Below, one piece after another: positions 1-11,338 of a DNA stretch of 64,000 nt; the first letter of the stretch is position 1, and each line of letters begins with the position of its first letter. The notes beneath the pieces were generated by a model. It saw only the letters and a list, made by a program, of their open reading frames with translations, ran no database searches and was not told the DNA's origin. Location: positions 1,760,001-1,824,000 of the forward strand of contig CAVVHE010000004.1 of the NCBI GenBank assembly GCA_963748015.1, read 5' to 3'. This DNA comes from Terriglobia bacterium (GTDB lineage: Bacteria > Acidobacteriota > Polarisedimenticolia > Polarisedimenticolales > JAIQFR01). The translations under genes and the position numbers were made by a program.

Positions 1-947
1 GGGCCGCCCGGCTCGTCCTTCTCCATCTCGGGGATCGCGACCTTGAGGTGCATCGTCCTGCGGTCGCGCACCAGCTCGAGGTCCACCGTCTTCCCCTCCT
101 TCTCCGACAGCGCACCGATCAGGTCGCCGGAATCCTCCACCGCGTCGCCGTCCACGGAGAGGATGAGGTCGCCCACGCGGACTCCCGCCTTCTCCGCGGG
201 CGTCCCGGTCAGGACCTTCCCGACGAGGACCCCGGCCTCTTTCTTGCCGCCGAGGAACTCGCGCAGGTCGGGAGTGGTCTCGACGAGCTCGACGCCGAGG
301 CGCGGGCGGCGGGCGAACGCGAAGCTCCATGCGCTCCCCTGCCGATGCTCGCCCCGCGGGATCATGAGCTCGAGCTTCTGCAGGTGTTTCTCCTTCTCGG
401 CCAGGGCCTTCTCGAGCTCGCCGCCCTCCTTGAGCATCTGCAGCTGGGCATCGAACTGCTCGAGGTCGGGCATGTGGATGGTGATGTCCTCGCCCCCGCC
501 GCCGGGCATGGCCACGACGATGCGGCGCTGGTCTCGCTCTCCGACCTCGACGGTCAAGGTCTGCTTCTTCCCGTCCCGGACGAAGGTGAGCGGGACCTTG
601 TCCCCGGCCTTCGCCTGGTGGATTCGCTTCGTGAGGGCGCCGGGGCCGCGGATGACGGCGTCGCCGAAGCCGACGATGACGTCGCCTCGCTTCAGCCCCG
701 CCTTCTCGGCCGGCGAGTCGTCGAGCACCGACACGATCTTGGCGCCGCCCTCGGGAGTCTCGGTCTCCTCGCTGAGGTTGACGCCCAGATAGGGGGTCTT
801 CTCGCCCGGCCCCTCGTTCTGCCCCACCACCACCACTTTCTTCTGAATCTTCTGGGTATCCGTTTCCGCCGCGTTCGCCGGCGGCGCGGCCATCGCCGCC
901 AGGACCAGTCCGACCGCCACGGCTCCCAAGCTCGCTTTCCAGGTCAT
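1..947 (-). CDS. Secreted tandem-PDZ-domain protein (3' end runs off window)
   Basis: Manual translation from ATG 947 (GGAGG RBS upstream): signal peptide MTWKASLGAVAVGLVLAAMAA, then two PDZ-like units (YLGVNL..DSPAEKAGLKRGDVI; RLGVEL..GTPAEKAGVRVGDLI). Absent from the ORF track because it lacks a stop in the window. Confidence 0.85.
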   Translation of the reverse strand, partial: MTWKASLGAVAVGLVLAAMAAPPANAAETDTQKIQKKVVVVGQNEGPGEKTPYLGVNLSEETETPEGGAKIVSVLDDSPAEKAGLKRGDVIVGFGDAVIRGPGALTKRIHQAKAGDKVPLTFVRDGKKQTLTVEVGERDQRRIVVAMPGGGGEDITIHMPDLEQFDAQLQMLKEGGELEKALAEKEKHLQKLELMIPRGEHRQGSAWSFAFARRPRLGVELVETTPDLREFLGGKKEAGVLVGKVLTGTPAEKAGVRVGDLILSVDGDAVEDSGDLIGALSEKEGKTVDLELVRDRRTMHLKVAIPEMEKDEPGG

Positions 948-1225
948 CGTCGCTTCCTCCATGCCCCAGAGACGTTCGAACTCTACTACGCACGAACCCC
1001 TCGGGCGGACGAAACGGGCGGCGACGGCCCGAAGCCCGTCGTCCCCGGCCCGCAACCCGGCGCGCGCGGGAGGTGGCCCCGGGGCCCTCCTCGACACCAG
1101 ATTGGCTGCGTTCGCCCTCGCACCCGGCCGACCGGGCGCTGGTCGAAGCAGGTCCCACCGCCGAACGCCTCCCGTCACGAGCGGAGCGGCGCCGCGGCTC
1201 CGGCGCCCCGACCGAGGAGAGCATC

Positions 1226-1960
1226 ATGCGGAGAAATCGGTGTGCGAAACGATGGAGGGTATCCGGTCTCGCGGTTCTCTCGCTGCTCGTGGCGGCGGGG
1301 GCGGCACGCGCCGAGGCGGCGGTCGAAATGCGAATCGACGGCGACGCCGCGGGCCGCGCCGAGGTGACGGTCGAGGTGCGGATCGACGGCGGCGCCGCGG
1401 GGTTCTCGGGAGTCCTCGAGCGTGACGGCGTGCGGGTCGCGTTCGAGAGCCGCGAGACGCCGACCGGGGCGGAGTCGAGGATCGTCTCGGCCGACGGAGA
1501 GGTGCTCACGGAGGTGATCGTGGACGAGAAGGCGGGAACCTTCGACTACCGGGTCGGGGGCATCTCGCTCTCGAACGAACTGAGCATCGCCGAGACGGAG
1601 CAGGCGATGAAGGCGTTCGATCGGGCGGATGCCGCCCTGGCGGCGCAGCACCTCTGGTCCTCGCTCGAGAGCATGGGATATCCGAAGGAATCGCGCGCGA
1701 TGGCGGCCCTCGCGGCGAACCTCACCGCTTACGCCGCCGTTCCCAAGGAGTACTTCCCGGTCGAAGGCGACGGCATGTGCATGGGCTGTTGCGGTCCGTC
1801 CTGCTGGGGATGCACCGGGTGCTACACGACCGCCTGCCTCGAGCACGACATGTGCGTGGCGCGGTACGGGTACACGGCCAACCGCTGCAACCGTATCCTC
1901 TACCTCGCGGCGCTGTCGGCCTGGTGCTGCCAGGGCGCGGACCTTGGCCCTCTCTGCTGA
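1226..1960 (+). CDS. Secreted protein with C-terminal Cys-rich phospholipase A2-like domain
   Basis: GAGGAG RBS before ATG 1226; signal peptide ending AARA; C-terminal ~60 aa with 12 Cys and a CLEHDMC (CxxHDxC) motif. Confidence 0.6.
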   Translation: MRRNRCAKRWRVSGLAVLSLLVAAGAARAEAAVEMRIDGDAAGRAEVTVEVRIDGGAAGFSGVLERDGVRVAFESRETPTGAESRIVSADGEVLTEVIVDEKAGTFDYRVGGISLSNELSIAETEQAMKAFDRADAALAAQHLWSSLESMGYPKESRAMAALAANLTAYAAVPKEYFPVEGDGMCMGCCGPSCWGCTGCYTTACLEHDMCVARYGYTANRCNRILYLAALSAWCCQGADLGPLC

Positions 1961-1974
1961 AAGGAGGCGCGTCG

Positions 1975-2325
1975 ATGAGGGAGAATTCCCGCGAGGGCGT
2001 GGCACCCGCTCTGGCGGTCCTGCTGGGCGGGTTTCTCGGATTCGTTCAGTTCGCGCTCTTCTTCGCCGACCTGCCCGGCTCGCCCGCCGTCGCGTCCCGC
2101 GTGGCCGTGGCCGCGACGATCGGCGCGCTCTCCGGCATCGCGCTCGGGCGTCTCCGGCCCGGCGCGTGGCTGCCTCTTTCCCTGCTGGCCGCGTGGGGAG
2201 CTATCTTCTGGGGAATCGCTCTGGCCGCGATGCAAGCCGAGAACTGGCTCGCGGTGCTCGGCGCCCCTCCCCTCCTCGCCGCGCTGGGCGCCCGTGCCGG
2301 CGCCGCTTGGGGTCGGCGTCCATAG
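1975..2325 (+). CDS. Small integral membrane protein (~4 TM)
   Basis: AAGGAGG RBS directly after the upstream stop; 116 aa, almost entirely hydrophobic helices. Confidence 0.7.
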   Translation: MRENSREGVAPALAVLLGGFLGFVQFALFFADLPGSPAVASRVAVAATIGALSGIALGRLRPGAWLPLSLLAAWGAIFWGIALAAMQAENWLAVLGAPPLLAALGARAGAAWGRRP

Positions 2326-2329
2326 GAGA

Positions 2330-2366
2330 ACGGGGGGCTCGCGCGCTACCGAGCGCGGCCCCCCGT
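2330..2366. terminator. Hairpin between convergent genes
   Basis: ACGGGGGGC...GCCCCCCGT stem immediately after the stop at 2325; no U-tract. Confidence 0.4.
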
Positions 2367-2402
2367 GCGCCTCTCTCGAGAAGGCTCCGCGCTCCGATCG
2401 CG

Positions 2403-2897
2403 TCAGAGATCGAAGGCGGACTCGCAGCGGCCCAGCACCTTCCCGATGTCCGAGAACGCCTGCACCGTCCAGACGTAGCTCACGCCCTTGGAAATACGGC
2501 TCAGCTCTTCCTGCGTCAGCGTGACGCTCGGGAGGTTCGACGCGCGCTGAATGAGTATCGTGGACGAGCCCTTCGCCGAGAGAACGAACGAGTAGTACTT
2601 CGTGCTCGACACCGTCTCCCAGCGGAACTTCGTCGGGGTGTTCCCGAGCTTTCCCGGTCTCGGCTCGATCACATCGATCTGCATGACGATGGGCACGACG
2701 GTCTTGACCTGCTTCTTCTCCGTCATGAACAGGTACGTCAGCCCCGCGCCAACGATCACGAAGATGACGAGGGCAATGACTACCGTTACCTTGTTCTTGC
2801 GCCAGGGGGGCGCCTCGAGCTCCTCGATGTCGTGTTCGAAGCGATCCTCGGAGGTCTCGAACACGGGCGGGCCGGCCACCTTCTTCTCATGCGTCAT
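2403..2897 (-). CDS. Single-TM hypothetical protein with beta-rich (Fn3-like) C-terminal domain
   Basis: One TM helix, then 'FRWETV..Y..YVWTVQAF' pattern; GGAGG RBS. Confidence 0.65.
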   Translation of the reverse strand: MTHEKKVAGPPVFETSEDRFEHDIEELEAPPWRKNKVTVVIALVIFVIVGAGLTYLFMTEKKQVKTVVPIVMQIDVIEPRPGKLGNTPTKFRWETVSSTKYYSFVLSAKGSSTILIQRASNLPSVTLTQEELSRISKGVSYVWTVQAFSDIGKVLGRCESAFDL

Positions 2898-3135
2898 GAA
2901 AGCCTCCTTCCGTGGGCTCCGTCTCCCTCGCGGGAACGGCGCCTCCCGGGCCTAGGAGGCGGAGCTCGGCACTATCCTCGCGCTTTCGCGGTGTCAAAAC
3001 AAGCCCTGTTCCGGGCAAGAACGCAGGAACCCGCGGATCCGGGTTCCGGCGTCGCCAGCGCCGCTCGACCCGCGCCGGCTGGGAGCGATCCGGGATAGGA
3101 TGAAGGGCTCCTGAAACCCCTCGAGGGATCGACCC

Positions 3136-4836
3136 ATGCAAAGGATGTTTCCTCTCCTGACGGTTTTTCTCCTCTTCCCGGCCGTCCTGCTGGCCGCCGA
3201 TCGCCCCGACGGGCGTGCCTTCGCGACGCGCTCGGTGGTTTACGCGCGCCACGGCATGGTCGCCGCGGCGCACCCGCTGGCGGTGGACATCGGCCTCGAC
3301 GTCCTGAAGAGGGGCGGCACGGCCGTCGATGCGGCGATCGCCGTGAACGCGGCGCTCGGCTTCCTCGAGCCGGTCTCCTGCGGCGTCGGCGGCGACCTCT
3401 TCGCGATCGTCTGGGACGCGAAGTCGAAGAAGCTCTACGGTTTGAACGCTTCCGGGCGCGCCCCGCGCGGGCTCACGGCGGACAAGGTCCCACCCGACCC
3501 GGACGGCACGGTTCCCCTCTACACGCCCTACGCGTGGACCGTCCCGGGCGCCGTGGACGGCTGGTTCGAGCTGCACGGGAAGTTCGGGCGCCTCCCGATG
3601 AAGGAAGTCCTCGCCCCGGCGATCCGCATCGCCCGCGAGGGGGCGCCGGTTCCGCAGGGAATCGCCGCCGCCTGGGCGCGAGGTGGCCGCGCGAACCGCG
3701 ACAAGCCGGGCTTCGCCGCGACCTTCCTCCCCGGAGGGAAGACCCCGAAGGAGGGAGAGGTCTTCAGGAACCCCGACCTGTCGAAGACCTACCAGGCGAT
3801 CGCCGACGGCGGCCGCGACGCGTTCTACCGGGGGCCGGTGTCCCAGGCGATCGTGGCGTTCTCGGGCAAGGTGGGAGGCTTCTTCTCTCCCGAGGACTTC
3901 GCGTCCCACCGCTCCGAGTGGGTCGAGCCGGTCTCGACCGCTTACCGCGGGGCGACCCTCTGGGAGCTGCCGCCGAACACCCAGGGCATCTCGGCCCTCG
4001 AGATGCTGAACATCCTCGAGGGGTTCGACCTCAAGGGGATGGGAAGGGACTCGGCCGCCTTCTGGCACACGATGGTCGAGGCGAAGAAGCTAGCGTTCGA
4101 GGACCGGGCGAAGTACTTCGCCGATCCCGCCTTCGCGAAGGTTCCGGTGGACGGGCTGGTCTCGAAGGCGTACGGCCGCTCGCAGGCGAAGCGGATCGAC
4201 CCGGCGCGCGCGGCGCAGCGCCTCGAGGCGGGAGATCCGCGGCTGGCCGGCGGCGACACGACGTACCTTGCCGTGGCCGACGCCGACGGGAACATGGTCT
4301 CCCTGATCCAGAGCAACTACACGGGCTTCGGCTCGGGATACGTCGTCGAGGGGTGGGGCTTCGGCCTGCAGGACCGCGGCGGCCTCTTCAGCCTGAAGCC
4401 GGGCTCGCCGAACCTCCTCGAGCCGGGCAAGCGGCCGTTCCACACCATCGTTCCGGCGTTCGTGACCCGCGACGGGAAGCCGTGGATCGCCTTCGGCGTC
4501 ATGGGCGGCGACATGCAGCCGCAGGGGCACGTGCAGGTGCTCGTGAACCTCCTCGACTTCGGGATGAACCTGCAGGAGGCCGGCGACGCCGCCCGCTACT
4601 ACCACACCGGATCGAGCGAGCCCACGGGAACCTTGATGACCACCGGCGGCGTCCTGTCGCTCGAGAGCGGCGTGCCCGCGGAGGTGCGCCGAGATCTCCT
4701 GCGGATGGGCCACCGGATCTCCGACACGAACCCGGCCGCCTTCGGCGGCTACCAGGCCGTCGCGATCGACCCCGTCACCGGCGTCCTCTCCGGCGCCAGC
4801 GAGTCCCGCAAGGACGGCTGCGCGATGGGCTACTGA
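3136..4836 (+). CDS. ggt: Gamma-glutamyltransferase
   Basis: GGTAVDAAIA, GGDLF, LPPNTQG, autoprocessing DTT, PGKRPFHT and GVMGGDMQPQG motifs; signal peptide. Confidence 0.95.
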   Translation: MQRMFPLLTVFLLFPAVLLAADRPDGRAFATRSVVYARHGMVAAAHPLAVDIGLDVLKRGGTAVDAAIAVNAALGFLEPVSCGVGGDLFAIVWDAKSKKLYGLNASGRAPRGLTADKVPPDPDGTVPLYTPYAWTVPGAVDGWFELHGKFGRLPMKEVLAPAIRIAREGAPVPQGIAAAWARGGRANRDKPGFAATFLPGGKTPKEGEVFRNPDLSKTYQAIADGGRDAFYRGPVSQAIVAFSGKVGGFFSPEDFASHRSEWVEPVSTAYRGATLWELPPNTQGISALEMLNILEGFDLKGMGRDSAAFWHTMVEAKKLAFEDRAKYFADPAFAKVPVDGLVSKAYGRSQAKRIDPARAAQRLEAGDPRLAGGDTTYLAVADADGNMVSLIQSNYTGFGSGYVVEGWGFGLQDRGGLFSLKPGSPNLLEPGKRPFHTIVPAFVTRDGKPWIAFGVMGGDMQPQGHVQVLVNLLDFGMNLQEAGDAARYYHTGSSEPTGTLMTTGGVLSLESGVPAEVRRDLLRMGHRISDTNPAAFGGYQAVAIDPVTGVLSGASESRKDGCAMGY

Positions 4837-4871
4837 AGGTTAACGCGGGGGCGCGTCCGGCAGGAGGACGA

Positions 4872-4890
4872 CCCCGCGGCGACCTCCCTC
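4872..4890 (+). repeat. Truncated fragment of palindromic element family A (left-arm end + start of core)
   Basis: CCCCGCGGCGACCTCCCTC is identical to the arm/core junction of the full copies; no partner arm. Confidence 0.6.
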
Positions 4891-4943
4891 TGCGAGTTCC
4901 CTGCGAGCCGGAGCGCTGCGCGACAAGAGAATGGGCGCGGAGG

Positions 4944-5139
4944 CCGGCGTTTTCCGTCCGCCGAGGCTCCCGCGGCGACCTCCCTCGGCGACGACCCGCA
5001 TCGGCCGCGCACGGGGTCGAGCAAGCGCGATGGCGCGGACCCTAGCGCCATCGCGCTCGACCCCGTGCGCGGCCGTGCAAGGGTCCCCGTCGCCTCGGGC
5101 ATCGTCGCCGCGGGAGCCTCGGCGGACGGAAAACGCCGG
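4944..5139 (+). repeat. Palindromic element family A, copy 1
   Basis: Perfect 36-bp inverted arms (4944-4979 / 5104-5139) around the 124-nt conserved core. Confidence 0.95.
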
Positions 5140-5160
5140 ACGGGCATTTGCGGTACGCCG

Positions 5161-6571
5161 CTAGCGGCCGGCCTCGACGGGATGGCGCTCGAGCCAGACG
5201 TTGTAGAGCCACATGCTGGCGGCGGAGACGAAGCCGATGCGCCATGAGGATGAGCCAGCCGGTCGCCGCCGACGCGGGGACCAGCTCGAGCAGGCCGTCC
5301 GGGCGCTTGACGGCGCCGCGGCACATCACGGCGTTGAAGATCCACGCTCCGACCGGCCCGCCGACCAGCGACCCGATCGCCATCGGCAGGTTGGCGTAGC
5401 CGAGGAAGAGCCCCTCCTGCCCCTTCGGCGCCAGCGCCCCGATCCACTCGTACGTGCGCGCCGAGGTGAACAGCTCGCCGAAGGCGATCAGCGACACCGT
5501 CAGGATGATGAACACCGATCCCAGCGGTAGCCAGTTGGCCGCGATCGTCCGCACGCCGCCCGAGGCGTAGACGGGCACCAGGTTGATGATCATCGAGACC
5601 CCGATGATCACCGTGCCGACCACGATCGAGCGGATCGGCTTCATCTTGCCGAAGTACTTCGTGATCAGGAGCTGGAAGCAGACGATCGTGATCGGGTTCG
5701 CAGCGGTGTAGAGGTCCATCGCCGGATTCGTCTCCACCACCTTCTTCACGTAGAGCGGCAGGACGTTGTAGACCTGGTTGTAGAGGAACCAGAACCCCGA
5801 GGACACGAGCAGGAACAGCGCGAAGCGCCGGTTGCCGAGGACGAGGAACATGTTCAGCAGCTTCTTCACGACGTCGTTGAACGTGTTCCGCGGCGTGCCG
5901 GGGCCGCGGTCCGGGTCGCGATAGCTCGCGAGCACCACGAAGAACGCCACGACCGAGGCGACGGTCGCCACGATGAAGATCAGGCTGAGGTCCTTGTAGA
6001 CGTTCCGGACGAAGTACGCGACGACGCGGCCGACGATCGAGCCGATGTTGATCACCATGTAGAAGATCGCGAAGGCGAGCGTCGCGCGCCCCATGTGGCT
6101 CTTCTGCACGGTGCCGCTGATGCAGGGCTTGATCACCGAGCCGCCGATGCCGATCAACACGATCGCGATCGCGATCGGCACCAGCACCGCGGGGCCGGCC
6201 GTCATCTGGTCGGAGGGGATCGGCGCGAGCACCTGCCCCCCGAACCACACCGGGTAGCCCATCAGGAAGTACCCCGCCGCCAGGAGGACGAAGGCGGCGA
6301 GCAGCGAGATGCGGAACCCGATGATGTCGGCGATCGTTCCCGAGATGATCGGCAGGAAGTAGACGAGGAACCAGAGGGCGCCGTTGAGGTTGCTCGGCCA
6401 GTAGTCGCCGAGGCCGAGGCGGCCGAGGTAGATCACGACGAAGCTGGCCATCGAGTAGTACGCGGCCCGCTCGAAGAGCTCCGTGGTGTTCGCCGCCCAG
6501 AAGACGCGCGGGAACCGCGGGGCGGTGTCCGCGGGCGCCCGCCCTGCCGAAGTGCCGGTTGCCGCGCTCAT
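5161..6571 (-). CDS. MFS transporter, POT/PTR-like (frameshift near 5240)
   Basis: ELFERAAYY (ExxER) motif and multiple TM helices. The C-terminus GFVSAASMWLYNVWLERHPVEAGR* lies in another frame ending at 5161. Confidence 0.85.
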
Positions 6572-7299
6572 TCGAAGAGCTTCTCGGCCTTCTGATACTG
6601 CGCGTGCACCGCTTCCACGGCCTTGGACACGCGGTCGGCGTCCTGGCCGCCGGCGGCCTCGCGCAGCGCCGACGTCGCCGCGCAGAGCGAGCTGAACTCG
6701 GCGCGGATCTGCTCTTCCTTCCCCGCTACCCGCTTCGGCAGCGGAGCCGCGACGAGCGCCTGGCACCGCTTGACCATCTCCTCGGAGGCGGCGCGCACCC
6801 CCGCGATGTCCTTGGCCGGCATCATGTGATGGTAGACCTGGTAGAGGGGCTGGTGGTACGCGTCGAGCTCCTTCATCGCAGGGCGGGTCACGCGGACGAG
6901 ACTCTCGTAACGGGAGTGAAGCGCCTCGACCGCGTCGAGCAGCCCCTTCTCGTCGTTCGCCGCGGCCGCCTTCTCGTAGCGCCCCGCGATCTCGACGAGG
7001 GCCTTGACCCCCTCGTCCCACGCGGCCTTGCGGTCGCGCAGGATCCCGGGCAGCTCCGCGGCGCGGACCTTCTTGACGTGCTCCTGCACCTGCGGCAGGA
7101 GGTCCTTCATCATCGGGACGTTCTTGTTCGGCCAGGCCTCGTGCCACAGCGGGTAGATCACCTCGTGCATCTCGGTGAGTGCTTGGACCTGGGCCTGCGT
7201 CTCGCCGGCGGCCGGGACCTCGACCGCGTGGGCCGCGGCGGCCGCGAAGGTCAGGAGCAGGGGGAGTAGCAGGTGGGCAAGGACGCGTTGATGGCGCAC
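6568..7299 (-). CDS. Secreted helical protein with two His-motif repeats
   Basis: GTG 7299 with AGGAGGAG RBS; signal peptide; internal duplication of about 105 aa. Confidence 0.8.
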   Translation of the reverse strand: MRHQRVLAHLLLPLLLTFAAAAAHAVEVPAAGETQAQVQALTEMHEVIYPLWHEAWPNKNVPMMKDLLPQVQEHVKKVRAAELPGILRDRKAAWDEGVKALVEIAGRYEKAAAANDEKGLLDAVEALHSRYESLVRVTRPAMKELDAYHQPLYQVYHHMMPAKDIAGVRAASEEMVKRCQALVAAPLPKRVAGKEEQIRAEFSSLCAATSALREAAGGQDADRVSKAVEAVHAQYQKAEKLFE

Positions 7300-7374
7300 G
7301 GACTCCTCCTTGGAAAACGAGCGGGAATCATATGGGAAGTGGGACGGCCATAGCAATCGCCGTCCCACCTCCCG

Positions 7375-7956
7375 TCAGTCCACGTCGCGCACCACGCCGC
7401 AGCCGATCCGTCCCCCGGCGTTCCCGGTGGGCTGGGTCACGAAATCGTCGGGGCTGGCGTGCACCACGATCGAGCGTCCCAGGATGTCGCCCAGCGGCGG
7501 GCCGCCGATGGACCATAGGTCGGTCTCGAGCGTGGTCCTTCCCTTGCCGTCCTTCCCGACCTCGACGTTGCCGATGTCGCCGTGGTGGAACGGCTTGTGC
7601 CCCCACTCCCCGTGCGCCGCGCTCGTCGGGTTCCAGTGCGGCCCCGCCGACATCGCGTCGGGCGCGCTGCAGTCCCCCTTCTCGTGGAGGTGAACGGCGT
7701 GCAGCCCCGGTGTCGCGTTCTCGAGGGTCAGCTCCATCTTCACGAAGTTCTTCTTCTGGACGAACGTCGCGCGGCCGGTCAGCTTGCTGCCGCTCTTCCC
7801 CTCGATCACCGCCTCGGCATGCCTCTCCTCGTTCTCCCCGAGCGGCGCGACCCGTCCCTGTTTCACGCGCACCGGCTCCGGGCGCTGCTCCTGCGTGTAT
7901 GCCACGCCGGCCGCGAGACCCGCGGCGGCAAGTACGATCAGGATTCTGTTCCTCAC
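7375..7956 (-). CDS. sodC: Periplasmic Cu/Zn superoxide dismutase
   Basis: HAVHLHEKGDC, GPHWNP, H..HHGDIGN, VVHASPDD and GGRIGCG motifs; signal peptide. Confidence 0.93.
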   Translation of the reverse strand: MRNRILIVLAAAGLAAGVAYTQEQRPEPVRVKQGRVAPLGENEERHAEAVIEGKSGSKLTGRATFVQKKNFVKMELTLENATPGLHAVHLHEKGDCSAPDAMSAGPHWNPTSAAHGEWGHKPFHHGDIGNVEVGKDGKGRTTLETDLWSIGGPPLGDILGRSIVVHASPDDFVTQPTGNAGGRIGCGVVRDVD

Positions 7957-7972
7957 GTCACGTCTCCTTTCG

Positions 7973-10026
<2,054 letters not shown>

Positions 10027-10054
10027 GGCGGAAGGACCTCCGTGACCTCCCAGT

Positions 10055-11338
10055 CTAACGCTCCGGGGCGACCCGGACCATGCCGAAGGCGCCGGGATCG
10101 TAGAACCGCGAGATGAAGCGATTGATCTCCTCCAGGGAGAGCCGCGAGGCCCGCTCAGCGGCGTCGTCGAAGAACCCCGGCGGGAGGCCGAGCCGGCGCT
10201 CGCGGAGGTAGCGATCCAGGACGCTTCGCGGCGACTGCTTCTCGAACAGCCGCGCGCCGAGGAGGGACCCGGCGGCCGCCGCGCGCTCGTCCTCGGTGAT
10301 CCCGGTCTCGTGGAAGAGGCGGAGGACCTCGCGCAACTTGGCCTCGGCGGCGTCCGCATTCGGCGCGCGCGTGAAGGTCCCCAGCGCGTACGACCCCGGC
10401 GCGACGTCGCCGAGGTTGCGGGTGGAGGCGCCGTACGTCTCCCCTCCCTCGTGCCGGAGCGCTATGAGAAGCCTCGAGTAGAAGTGCCCGCCGAGGACGT
10501 GGTCGGCGACGAGGAAGGCGGGGTAGTCGGGATCGCCGTACGGGAGCGAGTCCCGGCCGTAGGCGAAGGTCACCTGGGTCAAACGCGGCATCGGCACCGT
10601 GACGTCCCGTTCGGCGCCCGCCGGCGAGACCGGACCCAGCGCGGGCTCGAGCCCCTCGGGGCGCGGTCCCGCGGGAGGGAGGAGGCCCGAGGCCGCGCGC
10701 CCCGCCTCGGCGCGGGTCAGGTCTCCCGCGAAGCCGATCGCGCGCCCCGGCAGGCGCACGAGAGCGTCCCGGGCCGCGACGAGCCGCGGCACGTCGGTCA
10801 GGAGCGGCTCGGGCTTCTCCACCTCCTGCCGTCGCGGGTCGCCGGGGGCGAAGAGAGCGCGGGCGAGCGCCTGCCTGGCGCGGAAGCCCGGCTCCTTCTG
10901 CGAGCGCTCCCACTCGATCTTGCGCCCCGTGCGCCGCCGCTTCAGCTCCCCGCGGTCGAGGTCGCGGTTCGCCAGCACCTCGCGCACGAGGCCGAGCGCG
11001 CCGTCGAGATCCTCCTTGAGGCAGTCGACCTTGAGGATCGCGGAGCGCCGCCCGGCCGAGAGCTCGAGCGTGATCCCGAGCAGGTCGGCCTTGCGCCTCA
11101 GGGCCCCGGCGGAATCGTGGAAGGCGATCTCGAACGCCTCCTCGGCGTGCTGCTCGCGGAACCAGGGCGACCACCGACCGGCAGGAAGCTCGAGCTCGAC
11201 GGAGACGAGCGGCGCGCGGTGGTCCTCGACCAGCACCACGGTCGTCGCCTCGTCGAGAGGCCAGGCCTGCGCGGCGGGAGCGGCAGCCGCCGGGGCCGCG
11301 GCCAGCAGGAGTGCCAGGACCGGCAGGACGGCGCGCAT
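10055..11338 (-). CDS. M16 family peptidase, non-catalytic subunit
   Basis: Signal peptide; VLVEDHRAPLV and LGGHFYSRL..LRHEGGETYG motifs; no HxxEH; TGATG overlap with the upstream gene. Confidence 0.85.
   Translation of the reverse strand: MRAVLPVLALLLAAAPAAAAPAAQAWPLDEATTVVLVEDHRAPLVSVELELPAGRWSPWFREQHAEEAFEIAFHDSAGALRRKADLLGITLELSAGRRSAILKVDCLKEDLDGALGLVREVLANRDLDRGELKRRRTGRKIEWERSQKEPGFRARQALARALFAPGDPRRQEVEKPEPLLTDVPRLVAARDALVRLPGRAIGFAGDLTRAEAGRAASGLLPPAGPRPEGLEPALGPVSPAGAERDVTVPMPRLTQVTFAYGRDSLPYGDPDYPAFLVADHVLGGHFYSRLLIALRHEGGETYGASTRNLGDVAPGSYALGTFTRAPNADAAEAKLREVLRLFHETGITEDERAAAAGSLLGARLFEKQSPRSVLDRYLRERRLGLPPGFFDDAAERASRLSLEEINRFISRFYDPGAFGMVRVAPER

Noticed and set aside
43..1367. 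Long plus-strand ORFs 43-792 and 48-1367, and similar Arg/Pro-rich shadow ORFs throughout
   Set aside because: They are antisense or alternate-frame artefacts of high GC; the real gene here is the minus-strand PDZ protein.
3026..3047. Short hairpin GGAACCC..GGGTTCC upstream of ggt
   Set aside because: Too short and seen only once; no function can be assigned.
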